NCBI GenBank assembly: GCA_000432895.1
Contig: FR889447.1
Location: forward strand, 20,182-84,181
Length of the DNA stretch: 64,000 nucleotides
Source: Firmicutes bacterium CAG:449
GTDB lineage: Bacteria; Bacillota_I; Bacilli_A; RFN20; CAG-449
Direction: 5' to 3'
Made by a program: the position numbers and the translations under genes. The notes below the pieces were generated by a model. The model searched no databases and had not been told where the DNA came from. It saw only the letters and a program-made list of their open reading frames with translations. Below are positions 20,178 to 29,455 of this stretch, in pieces; the first letter of the stretch is position 1; each line of letters opens with the position of its first letter.

Positions 20178-21427
20178 TGAATATCCCTTCTTTTGTTCCT
20201 TGTGGAAAAGTTAGTTTGCCTTCTTCAAAAAGTTATTTTCATCGTTATTTAATTTCTTTTTTTATTGCTAATAAGAAATCATCTTTAACTTATTATTCAA
20301 TGTGTGAGGATGTTTATTTAACATTAAAAGCTTTAGAAAAATTAGGTGGTGAATTTTTAATTGAAGAAAATAAAATTACTTTTTTTAAAAGGAAAAGTGC
20401 ACCTAATTATGTTGAATTTGATGTTAAAGAAAGTGCTTCTACTTTAAGATTTTTATTTTTTATTAGTTGCTATTTATCTTCTCATATTAAAATAAATGGA
20501 AGTAAGTCTTTATTTAAAAGAGGAATTAAACCAATTGAAGAATTTTTAAAAAATCAAAACATTAAATATAATTTACAAGATACTTATTTAGAAGTTTTTG
20601 GAAAAATAAAAGTCGATAATTTTATTTTAAATGAGAACATTTCTAGCCAATATATTACAGGTTATTTATTTTTATTAGGAATAAGTAAAGAAGATAAATA
20701 TATTAAATATCCTGTAAATATGGAATCTTTTTCTTATGTAGAAATGAGTTTAAAATCTTTAGAAGATATTGGAGTTAGTTTTATTAACGAAGATAATCTT
20801 ATAAAATTAAATAAAATTAATTATTGCTCTAATGATATTGTGCTTGAACAAGATTATTCTTCTTTAGCAAATTTTGCTGTTTTAGGAGCTTTAAAAGGGA
20901 AAGTTATTTTTGAAAATTTAAATTTAACTTCTTTACAAGGTGATAAAAAAATTCTAGAAATATTGATGGATGGAAGAGCAAAAATTGATTTTTTTCAAAA
21001 TGAAGTGAGTTTCAATTCTTCAATTATTAAAGGCCAAACAATTTCTTTAAAAGATTGTATAGATTTAGGACCAATACTTTTTGTTTTAGCTTCTTATAGT
21101 TATGGTAAAACTACATTTATTAATTTTTCTAGATTAATATATAAAGAAAGTAATCGTTTAAAATGTATGTTTGATGAATTAAAAAAAACAAATGTTGATA
21201 TTAATATTGTTAATGATGAAGTAATTATTAATGGTAAAGCCTCTTATGAAGGAGGTTATCATTTTTCTAGTCATAATGATCATCGAATTTGTATGGCATT
21301 AACAATTTTTAGTGTTTTAAGTAAAGGAAATTGTATAATAGATGGTGAAGAATGTGTAAAGAAATCATATCCACATTTTTTTGAAGATTTATTTTCGTTA
21401 AGGAGTCAAAATGAAAACAATTGTTAG
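20177..21427 (+). CDS. aroA: 3-phosphoshikimate 1-carboxyvinyltransferase (EPSP synthase), divergent
   Basis: 416 aa. LPSSKSYFHRYLI corresponds to the LPGSKS region. Two-domain length and position within the aro operon. Confidence 0.75.
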   Translation: MNIPSFVPCGKVSLPSSKSYFHRYLISFFIANKKSSLTYYSMCEDVYLTLKALEKLGGEFLIEENKITFFKRKSAPNYVEFDVKESASTLRFLFFISCYLSSHIKINGSKSLFKRGIKPIEEFLKNQNIKYNLQDTYLEVFGKIKVDNFILNENISSQYITGYLFLLGISKEDKYIKYPVNMESFSYVEMSLKSLEDIGVSFINEDNLIKLNKINYCSNDIVLEQDYSSLANFAVLGALKGKVIFENLNLTSLQGDKKILEILMDGRAKIDFFQNEVSFNSSIIKGQTISLKDCIDLGPILFVLASYSYGKTTFINFSRLIYKESNRLKCMFDELKKTNVDINIVNDEVIINGKASYEGGYHFSSHNDHRICMALTIFSVLSKGNCIIDGEECVKKSYPHFFEDLFSLRSQNENNC

Positions 21428-22727
21428 TTTAATTACTCCTCCATTAAATGCAGCAGTCGCCGTTATTAGAATGTCAGGAGATGAAGCAAAAACTATTGCT
21501 CAAGAAATTTTTTCACGACCAATAGAAAAACCTAATCATGTTTATTATGGAAATATTATTGATGGTAAAGAAATTGTTGATCAAGTTTTATTAACTTATT
21601 TTGCTTCACCAAAATCTTTTACAGGTGAAGATGTTGTGGAAATTTCTACTCATGGATCAATGCTAATTGCTAATCAAGTAATTGAATTAATTATTTCTAA
21701 AGGTGCTAGACTTGCTGAAAGAGGAGAATTTTCTTCTCGAGCGTATTATAATAATAAAATTGATTTAGTCCAAGCAGAAGCTATTTTATCTACAATAGAG
21801 GCTAATACTTTAGAAGCAAAAAAATTAGCATTATATTCTTTAAATGGAGAAACCTCATCTTTAATAAAACCATTAATTGATAATTTGGCTTCTTTATTAA
21901 GTAATATTGAAGTAAATATTGATTATCCAGAGTATTTAGATATTGAAGAGGTCACTTATTCTAGAATCAAAAAAGAATGTTTAGAGATGGTTAATGAATT
22001 AGATAAATTATTATCTCAATCAAAAAAATCTCAATATTTTATGCATGGGATTAATGTTTGTTTAGTTGGCTTACCAAATACAGGAAAATCATCTTTATTA
22101 AATGCTTTTTTAAATCAAGAAAAAGCAATTGTAACTAATGTTCCAGGAACCACTAGAGATATAGTGGAAGGAAATATTAATTTGGATGGATTACCTTTAC
22201 ATTTACTTGATACCGCGGGAATTAGAAAAGCTGATAATGTTGTTGAACAAATTGGTATTAGTAAATCTCAAGAAAGTATTAAAAATGCTGATTTAGTAAT
22301 TATGGTTTTAGATGCAACAAGACAAATTAATGATGAAGAAAAAGAAATACTTAACTCTATTAAAGATAAAAACTATATTTTAGTTTATAACAAGAAAGAT
22401 TTAATAGATAAAGTTGATGATGATAAAATCTATATTTCCGCTTTAAATAAAGATATTAGTTCTTTAAAAAAGAAAATCTTATCTTTATTTAATTTATCAA
22501 GTAGTGATTTAACGCCTTCTTTATGTACATCTAGACAAGTTGGTTTATTACAAAAAGCTAAAAATAGTTTATTAAAAGCTCAAGAAGATGCTTCAAATAA
22601 TGTTCCTATTGATTTAGTAAGTGTATCTATTAAAGAAAGTTATGATAGTTTAAAAGAAATCTTAGGAATGAATGTTAATATTGATTTATCAGAAGAGATT
22701 TTTTCTCGTTTTTGTGTGGGGAAATAA
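21411..22727 (+). CDS. mnmE: tRNA modification GTPase MnmE
   Basis: 438 aa. N-terminal THF-binding domain. G-domain motifs GLPNTGKSS and DTAGIR. C-terminal CVGK. Confidence 0.9.
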   Translation: MKTIVSLITPPLNAAVAVIRMSGDEAKTIAQEIFSRPIEKPNHVYYGNIIDGKEIVDQVLLTYFASPKSFTGEDVVEISTHGSMLIANQVIELIISKGARLAERGEFSSRAYYNNKIDLVQAEAILSTIEANTLEAKKLALYSLNGETSSLIKPLIDNLASLLSNIEVNIDYPEYLDIEEVTYSRIKKECLEMVNELDKLLSQSKKSQYFMHGINVCLVGLPNTGKSSLLNAFLNQEKAIVTNVPGTTRDIVEGNINLDGLPLHLLDTAGIRKADNVVEQIGISKSQESIKNADLVIMVLDATRQINDEEKEILNSIKDKNYILVYNKKDLIDKVDDDKIYISALNKDISSLKKKILSLFNLSSSDLTPSLCTSRQVGLLQKAKNSLLKAQEDASNNVPIDLVSVSIKESYDSLKEILGMNVNIDLSEEIFSRFCVGK

Positions 22728-22729
22728 AG

Positions 22730-23488
22730 ATGATTTTTGATACACATTGCCATCTTTACGATGATCCTTTTACGGATTTAAAAGATGTTATAAAAAGAGC
22801 ACAAGATAATAAAGTTGAATTAATGTTAATTCCAAGTGATAATATTATAAATTCAAAAAAAAGTATTGATTTAGCAAGTAAATATTCTTTTATTTATTCT
22901 GCAATAGGAATTTTTCCTGGTGAAGTAGATAATTTAGATCTTTCTTGCTTAGAAGAAATAGAAAAACTCGCTCAAAATAAAAAAGTTAAAGCAATTGGTG
23001 AAATTGGTTTAGATTATCATTATTATCAAGATAATAAAGAAAAACAAAAAATATTTTTCATTAAACAAATTGAATTAGCTAATAAATTACATTTACCAAT
23101 TATTGTTCATTCTCGTGATGCTTGTGAAGATACATTAGCTGTTTTAGATGAAAATAAACCATTATATGGATGTGTATTTCATTGTTTTTCATATTCAGTG
23201 GAAGTAATGAAAATCTTAATGAAAAGAGGCTATTATATTGGTTTAGATGGACCAGTTACTTATAAAAATGCCTCCACGCCTAAACAAGTAGCTAAAGAAG
23301 TTGATATAAATAGATTGCTAGTAGAAACTGATTCACCTTATTTAACACCTACTCCTCATCGTGGAGAAAGAAATGAACCTGCTAGAATTATTTATACTAT
23401 TCAAGAAATTGCTTTATTAAGAAATATGTTTTACGATGATGTTTGTAAAATAACTTATGAAAATGGTAGGGAATTTTTCTCTATATGA
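22730..23488 (+). CDS. tatD: TatD-family metal-dependent DNase/hydrolase
   Basis: MIFDTHCHL start, preferred over the upstream TTG on RBS spacing. GEIGLDYHY and HSRDA motifs. Confidence 0.85.
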   Translation: MIFDTHCHLYDDPFTDLKDVIKRAQDNKVELMLIPSDNIINSKKSIDLASKYSFIYSAIGIFPGEVDNLDLSCLEEIEKLAQNKKVKAIGEIGLDYHYYQDNKEKQKIFFIKQIELANKLHLPIIVHSRDACEDTLAVLDENKPLYGCVFHCFSYSVEVMKILMKRGYYIGLDGPVTYKNASTPKQVAKEVDINRLLVETDSPYLTPTPHRGERNEPARIIYTIQEIALLRNMFYDDVCKITYENGREFFSI

Positions 23489-24009
23489 AACCAGTAATTG
23501 TAGTAGAAGGGAAAACTGATGTACAAAGACTTGAAAATCTAGTAGATGCCGATTTTGTTATTTGTAATGGATCAGCTATTGATGAAGAAACAATTGCTTA
23601 TATTGATGAATTATCAAAGATTAGGAAAGTTATTATTTTTACTGATCCAGATTATCCTGGTACGCAAATAAGAAATAAAATTGCTAGTAAAGTTAAAAAC
23701 GTATATCATGCTTATGTAGATAGAAATAAAGCAAGTAATGGAAAAAAATTAGGAATTGCAGAAACTGAAAAAGAAGAGATTTTAAACGCTCTTAGTAATT
23801 ATGTTTTTTATAATCAAGAAAAGAATAATCAAATTACTATGAATGATTTTTATTCACTAGGTTTAGCAGGTAGTGAAAATTCTTCTTTGCAAAGAGAAAA
23901 AATATCAAAAAAATTTTCTTTAGGATATAACAATAGTAAATCATTATTAAAAAAAATAAATATGTTAAATATCTCATTAGAACAATTAAAGGAGGCTTTA
24001 AATGATTAG
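23485..24009 (+). CDS. rnmV: Ribonuclease M5 (Toprim domain, 5S rRNA maturase)
   Basis: 174 aa. VIVVEGKTDVQRL Toprim start and IIFTDPDYPG. Conserved rnmV-rsmA adjacency. Confidence 0.8.
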   Translation: MKPVIVVEGKTDVQRLENLVDADFVICNGSAIDEETIAYIDELSKIRKVIIFTDPDYPGTQIRNKIASKVKNVYHAYVDRNKASNGKKLGIAETEKEEILNALSNYVFYNQEKNNQITMNDFYSLGLAGSENSSLQREKISKKFSLGYNNSKSLLKKINMLNISLEQLKEALND

Positions 24010-24799
24010 TAGTAAAGAATATGTTATTAAAACTATGGTTAGTTTACTAGCTAATCCTAAAAAAAAGTTTTCACAGAATTTTTTGATTGATTATCAAACA
24101 GTTATTAAAACAGTTGATGCTTTAAATGGAAAAAGTAAAACTATTATTGAAATAGGTCCAGGGTTAGGAGCGCTTAGCGAAGAAATAGTAAATAGAAATT
24201 ATCTTTTATATGCTTATGAAATAGATCAAACAATGGTTAATCATTTAGAAAGTTTTTTCAAAAATAAGAATAATTTTCATGTTATACAAGGTGATTTTTT
24301 AAAACAAGATTTAAAATATGATGAATTAATTAGTGTTGTTTCTAATATTCCTTATAGTTTAACTACTCCAATTATTGAAAAAGTAATTTTATTACCTTTA
24401 CAAATTGAAAGTTTTGTTTTTATGGTTCAAAAAGAAGCTGGACTTAGAATAATGGCAAAAAAAGGTAGTAAAGATTATTCTCCTTTATCAATATTTTTAT
24501 CATATCTAGGAAAAATGGAAGTGGTTAATAAGGTTTCTAGAGATAAATTTCTTCCTTCACCCAATGTTGATTCGATTGTTTTAAAATTAACTTTTAATAA
24601 AAATAGAGATTATCAAAAAGAAAAAAAATTATATCAATTATTAAATAATTCTTTTCGCATGAGAAGAAAAACTTTATATAACAATTTACATAATATTGAA
24701 AATATTAAAGAGATTCTTTTTAGATGTAATATAAAAGAAAATGCTCGTCCAGAAGAATTAGAATTAAATGATTATTTAAAAATATTAGAGTTAATTTAA
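24002..24799 (+). CDS. rsmA: 16S rRNA (adenine1518/1519-N6)-dimethyltransferase
   Basis: 265 aa. SAM-binding IIEIGPGLGALS. NIPYS motif. Confidence 0.9.
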   Translation: MISSKEYVIKTMVSLLANPKKKFSQNFLIDYQTVIKTVDALNGKSKTIIEIGPGLGALSEEIVNRNYLLYAYEIDQTMVNHLESFFKNKNNFHVIQGDFLKQDLKYDELISVVSNIPYSLTTPIIEKVILLPLQIESFVFMVQKEAGLRIMAKKGSKDYSPLSIFLSYLGKMEVVNKVSRDKFLPSPNVDSIVLKLTFNKNRDYQKEKKLYQLLNNSFRMRRKTLYNNLHNIENIKEILFRCNIKENARPEELELNDYLKILELI

Positions 24800-24857
24800 T
24801 ATTATATGTATAAAAATTCTTTTTTGAGCCAAATTATTATTGAGGTGAAAAAAGAGA

Positions 24858-25517
24858 ATGAAAAACTTTTTTAAAAATATCAAAAATTGGAATGCTTCTT
24901 TAAAATTAGGAACGGCAATTACTTTAGGTGGAATAATTATTGTAGGATCAAGTTTGATTTATGCATCTAATCAACCAACAAGTGAACCGCCAATTACTTA
25001 TGTAACAACTTCAAATGATAATACAACAACAAGTGTTAATCCTCCAGTAGATGAAAAGGTCGAAGAAATAATAAGACCATATACAGTAAAATGTAATATC
25101 GATCATTATTTTTATGAAGAAACTGCAAGTAGTGAAATTAAGGCAAAATCAATAGTTTCTATTCCAGGAACAAAAAGAACATATATGCTTTCTGAAGGTT
25201 GTGACTACAGTTATGATGGTAAAGACTTCGATGTTGTAGCTTCAATTTCAGGGACTATTACAGATAAAATTAATGATGCTAGTTTTGGGAATATTGTTAT
25301 TTTAACTCATGAAAATGGAATTAAATTTATTTATGCTTCTCTTGATGAAGTGGTGGTAAATAAAGGTCAAAAAGTTTCTCAAGGAGATAAAATTGCTAAA
25401 GCTGGAACGTCTTTGTATACTGAAAAATTAGGAAAATCATTGCATTTTGAAATTGTAAAAGGTGATGTTAATTTAAATCCAGAAAAATTATATTCTACAT
25501 CAATAGAAAAAATTTAA
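24858..25517 (+). CDS. Membrane-anchored M23/LytM-family peptidase
   Basis: N-terminal TM. C-terminal GNIVILTHENG...SLHFEI...VNLNP M23 signature. Confidence 0.65.
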   Translation: MKNFFKNIKNWNASLKLGTAITLGGIIIVGSSLIYASNQPTSEPPITYVTTSNDNTTTSVNPPVDEKVEEIIRPYTVKCNIDHYFYEETASSEIKAKSIVSIPGTKRTYMLSEGCDYSYDGKDFDVVASISGTITDKINDASFGNIVILTHENGIKFIYASLDEVVVNKGQKVSQGDKIAKAGTSLYTEKLGKSLHFEIVKGDVNLNPEKLYSTSIEKI

Positions 25518-25529
25518 TTAAAATTAAAA

Positions 25530-25566
25530 AAATACTCTAATTAAAATATATAGGAGTATTTTTTTA
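25530..25566 (+). terminator. Hairpin plus T-run after the M23 peptidase gene; its right arm contains the GGAG RBS of comFA
   Basis: AATACTCTA...TAGGAGTATTTTTTT immediately abutting the comFA ATG at 25566. Confidence 0.45.
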
Positions 25567-26693
25567 TGGCAAAATGTGAAATATGTTTAGCAGAAGATGA
25601 TAAATATTTTGCTTTTAATAATGGAAAAATTTATTGTCGTAGATGTATTACTTTTAAAGGAGAAAAAGCTAAAATAAACAATTCTTCTAATAATGAAGTT
25701 ATATTAGATTTAAAATATAATTTGTCTAAAAAGCAAGAAGAAATATCTTCAAATGTTTTAAAAGCATTTATTAATCATCAAAATGTTTTAATAAATGCAG
25801 TATGTGGTTCAGGTAAAACCGAATTAGTATATAAAACAATTGAATATTGTTTAAAACATAAATTACAAGTTGGATTTGCTATTCCTAGAAAAGATGTTGT
25901 TATTGATTTATTTCCTCGTTTAAAAGATGCTTTTCCTCATCAAAAGGTTATTTCTATTTATGGAGGTCATACTAATAATTTATCTGGAGATATTATTATT
26001 TTAACCACTCATCAACTTTATCGTTTTGAAAATTATTTTGATTTATTAATTCTTGATGAAGTAGATGCGTTTCCTTTTTATAATAACCAATTATTAAACA
26101 CTATGTTTAAAAAGAGTGTTAAAGGTAATTATATTATGATGTCTGCGACTTCTTTAGATAATATTAAAGAGGAGATTATTAAACAAAATGGATTGATCTT
26201 TACTTTAAATAAAAGATACCATAATCATCCTTTACCTGTACCAACTATTAAAGAATTTTTTATTGGTAAAAATATATATTTAATTTATAAATTAAACAAG
26301 TTTTTAAAATGTAATAAACCAACTTTAATTTTTGTTCCGACCATTAAAATTTGTGAAAGATTATATATATTTTTAGAGGTGTTTTTTAAAAATGGAGAGT
26401 GTGTCCACTCTCAAAAGAAAAATAGAGAAGAAATAATTGAAAATTTTAAGAAAAATAAGGTATTATTTTTAGTAACAACTTCAATTTTAGAAAGAGGTGT
26501 TACTATTAAAAACTTGCAAGTTATAGTTTATAATGCCGATAATTACCTTTTTGATAGTAAAGCATTAATCCAGATGGCAGGAAGAGTAGGAAGAAAAATA
26601 GATGCTTATGATGGAGAGGTGGTGTTTTTAGGTGGATATAATTCAACTTCAATGCAAGAAGCTAAAAGAAAAATTTTACAAGCCAATAAATAG
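25566..26693 (+). CDS. comFA: Competence protein ComFA-like DEAD-box helicase with N-terminal zinc ribbon
   Basis: CEICL...CRRC zinc ribbon. Walker A AVCGSGKTE. DEVD box LLILDEVD. Helicase C motifs. Confidence 0.75.
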   Translation: MAKCEICLAEDDKYFAFNNGKIYCRRCITFKGEKAKINNSSNNEVILDLKYNLSKKQEEISSNVLKAFINHQNVLINAVCGSGKTELVYKTIEYCLKHKLQVGFAIPRKDVVIDLFPRLKDAFPHQKVISIYGGHTNNLSGDIIILTTHQLYRFENYFDLLILDEVDAFPFYNNQLLNTMFKKSVKGNYIMMSATSLDNIKEEIIKQNGLIFTLNKRYHNHPLPVPTIKEFFIGKNIYLIYKLNKFLKCNKPTLIFVPTIKICERLYIFLEVFFKNGECVHSQKKNREEIIENFKKNKVLFLVTTSILERGVTIKNLQVIVYNADNYLFDSKALIQMAGRVGRKIDAYDGEVVFLGGYNSTSMQEAKRKILQANK

Positions 26694-27324
26694 CTTTTGT
26701 TTAATTTGTTTTAATAAAATTGATCCTTTAATGAAATTATTAAATATTAACATTTGCTTTGATTGTTTAACTAAAATGAAACCATCGATTAAAAAAATTC
26801 AATTAGATGATCTTTCTGGAATTGGAATATATCCATACCAAGATACAATTAAAGATTTGCTATATCAATTTAAAGGTTGCTATGATATAGCACTTAAAGA
26901 TGCTTTTATTAATCATTATGCTTTTTTATTTAGAATAATATTTTTTAATTATGTAATAGTATTTGTTCCTTCTTATGAAGAAAAAGATAAGATAAGAGGA
27001 TTTAATCATGTTGAGGAAATGTTTAAATGCTTAAAAATAAAAACTTGCAAATGTTTAATTAAAACTAAAGATGTAAAACAATCATCAAAAAATAAAGTTA
27101 ATCGTTTAGAAATTAAACAATATTTTAGTTTAAATAATAATGCATATACTTTAAAAGATAAGAATATCTTACTAGTGGATGATGTATTAACAACTGGATC
27201 CACTCTATTAGCGTGCTATGAATTATTAAAAACAATAAAACCAAAGAAAATAAAATTTTTAGTTATGTCATATTCATGTCGAAAAACATTGAACTTTGAT
27301 GATGAAAAAAATAAGCATACTTAA
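26632..27324 (+). CDS. comFC: ComFC-like phosphoribosyltransferase-domain protein with N-terminal CxxC...CxxC zinc finger
   Basis: CLIC...CFDC, then the PRTase motif ILLVDDVLTTGSTL. The 5' end overlaps comFA by 60 nt. Confidence 0.75.
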   Translation: MDIIQLQCKKLKEKFYKPINSFCLICFNKIDPLMKLLNINICFDCLTKMKPSIKKIQLDDLSGIGIYPYQDTIKDLLYQFKGCYDIALKDAFINHYAFLFRIIFFNYVIVFVPSYEEKDKIRGFNHVEEMFKCLKIKTCKCLIKTKDVKQSSKNKVNRLEIKQYFSLNNNAYTLKDKNILLVDDVLTTGSTLLACYELLKTIKPKKIKFLVMSYSCRKTLNFDDEKNKHT

Positions 27325-27374
27325 CTAAATGAGTTATAATAAAAGAGTATTAAATGCAGGAAAGAGGTGTAAAC

Positions 27375-27578
27375 ATGGTAGGAAAAGTAAAATGGTTTAA
27401 TGCAGAAAAAGGATATGGTTTCATTAATCGTGGCGAAGGTGAAGATATTTTTGTTCATTATTCACAAATTATGGAAGAAGGTTATCGTTCTTTGAATGAA
27501 GGACAACAAGTTCAATTTGATTTAGCCCAAACAGAACGTGGACTTCAAGCAAAAAAAGTTTATAAAATAGGTGTTTAA
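27375..27578 (+). CDS. cspA: Cold-shock protein (CspA family)
   Basis: [17 protein letters not shown]... with RNP motifs. Start set at the ATG after the GAGG RBS rather than the track's upstream ATG. Confidence 0.9.
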   Translation: MVGKVKWFNAEKGYGFINRGEGEDIFVHYSQIMEEGYRSLNEGQQVQFDLAQTERGLQAKKVYKIGV

Positions 27579-27580
27579 GT

Positions 27581-27612
27581 AAAAAAGCCATCTCTAATAT
27601 GAGGTGGTTTTA
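27581..27612 (+). terminator. Intrinsic terminator of cspA
   Basis: A-run, stem GCCATCTC / GAGGTGGT with G-U wobbles valid only on the plus-strand RNA, then TTTT. Confidence 0.55.
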
Positions 27613-28094
27613 ATTTCTTCAAGTGATTTATTAATATTTGAAAAATATAAAATGTCTTCAATTAATGAGTCTATTTCTTCTTCTTTTAAATAATTTATAG
27701 AAATTCTTTTTACAGAAGAACATTTAAATGATAAAAATTTATTTACTTTGTAATAATTATTACCTTTTGAATCAATATTTTTTTCTTCGATAAATATATC
27801 TTTAATTTCTTTATATTTGATATTGATATAATATTGAATTTTTTTGTTTTGAGGAAGTTCATCATTATTAACGATAATTTCTTCTTGAGTTAAAGTTAAT
27901 TTATATTTTATTTTTTTTAATAAATCGAAAATAAAAAAACTTGCACATAAAATAAATGTAAATAAATATATTATGTTATAGATAATACCTAAAATTACTC
28001 CTGCTATTGTTAAAATTGAAAATGATATAGCTTCAATAATAATTATATTGATGGTGTTTTTTCCATATAGTAAATAAACTTTATTTTTTTTCAT
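27594..28094 (-). CDS. Small membrane protein (2 TM plus bacterial PH-like C-domain), unknown function
   Basis: 166 aa. N-terminal hydrophobic hairpin, then a beta-rich domain. Confidence 0.4.
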   Translation of the reverse strand: MKKNKVYLLYGKNTINIIIIEAISFSILTIAGVILGIIYNIIYLFTFILCASFFIFDLLKKIKYKLTLTQEEIIVNNDELPQNKKIQYYINIKYKEIKDIFIEEKNIDSKGNNYYKVNKFLSFKCSSVKRISINYLKEEEIDSLIEDILYFSNINKSLEEIKTTSY

Positions 28095-28186
28095 AACTTT
28101 TATCCTTTATTTAAAGAATAGAGAATCGAAAAAGAAAAATAAATAATATCTTTTTAATTTATTAAAAATCATATAATATATATTAT

Positions 28187-29404
28187 ATGGAAAAAATAGT
28201 TAAGTACCCTTTAGATGAAAAATATCTTGTCGCGGTTTCTGGTGGACCAGATTCAATGGCGCTTCTTGATTTACTTATTAAAAGTAAATACTCTATAGTA
28301 GTTTGTTTTGTAAACTATCATCACCGTAGTAATTCAAATGACGAAGAAAAGATGGTTAAAGCATTTTGTAAAAAAAATAATGTTACTTGTGAAATGTTAA
28401 ACGCTCACTATAAAATTGATTATGGCAACTTTGAAAACTGGGCTAGAGTTGTTAGATATGATTTTTTTGCTAAAATTGGAAAAAAATATAAAATTAATCA
28501 ATGCTTTGTTGGACATCATCAAGATGATTTACTAGAAACATATTTACTACAAAAACAAAGAGGATATGTTAGTTATTATGGACTTCAAGAACAAACTAAT
28601 ATCAAAGAAATATTTATTATTAGACCTTTATTAAAATATACAAAAAACGAATTGGAAGAATATTGTAAACAAAATAAAATCCCTTATTCTTTTGATTACA
28701 CAAATAATGATGTTAATTTAAGTAGAAACAAGATAAGATTAGAAGTTTTAAGTAAATATTCTTCTAAAAAGAAACTTGCTTTATTAAAAGAAATTGAAGA
28801 AGAAAATAAAAAGATAAGTACTATAAATAAAAAAATTAATCGTATATTATGTGATACTATTTCCTTAACTGAATTTAATAAATTAAATGAAGAAGAAAAA
28901 GATCGCTTACTATATGCATATATTGCTCAATTTATTAATATAAATTTATCAAAGGCTCGTTTGTTAGATATAAAAAAACAAATATCTTCTTTAGATGGAA
29001 ATAAAGATATTCATTTAAATGAGGACTATTCTTTAATAAAAGAGTATAGTAGTTTAAAATTAGTTAAAAATGATATGTATAAATATTATGTAGTCGTCGA
29101 AAAACCGATGATTATTGAGAATAAATATATTTATTTTGATTTAATCTCTGATCCAAGTACATTTTATATTAAAAAAGATAGTTATCCTTTGATAATAAGA
29201 AATGTTGAAAAAGATAGGAAAATTAAAATTGGTTCAATTAATAAAAGTGTTTCTAGATTATTAATTGATGAAAAAGTTCCATATTTAAAAAGATTATATT
29301 GGCCTGAGATTGTAAATAATAAAGGTGAGATTATCTTTGTTCCCCGTAAGAGCCAAGATGAAAAAAAACTCTATATTGTTAAAGACAAAATAAGTATGAT
29401 ATAA
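28187..29404 (+). CDS. tilS: tRNA(Ile)-lysidine synthetase
   Basis: PP-loop VAVSGGPDSMAL. 405 aa with C-terminal TilS domain. Confidence 0.85.
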   Translation: MEKIVKYPLDEKYLVAVSGGPDSMALLDLLIKSKYSIVVCFVNYHHRSNSNDEEKMVKAFCKKNNVTCEMLNAHYKIDYGNFENWARVVRYDFFAKIGKKYKINQCFVGHHQDDLLETYLLQKQRGYVSYYGLQEQTNIKEIFIIRPLLKYTKNELEEYCKQNKIPYSFDYTNNDVNLSRNKIRLEVLSKYSSKKKLALLKEIEEENKKISTINKKINRILCDTISLTEFNKLNEEEKDRLLYAYIAQFININLSKARLLDIKKQISSLDGNKDIHLNEDYSLIKEYSSLKLVKNDMYKYYVVVEKPMIIENKYIYFDLISDPSTFYIKKDSYPLIIRNVEKDRKIKIGSINKSVSRLLIDEKVPYLKRLYWPEIVNNKGEIIFVPRKSQDEKKLYIVKDKISMI

Positions 29405-29455
29405 TATTTCTCACTTAAATTTATATTATTAATAATGTTATTAGGAGGCTAGTTA

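Noticed and set aside
22712-22729. TTG start at 22712 for tatD (ORF-track start)
   Set aside because: It lies within the last codons of mnmE. The ATG at 22730 has a GTGGGG RBS at good spacing and gives the canonical MIFDTHCHL N-terminus.
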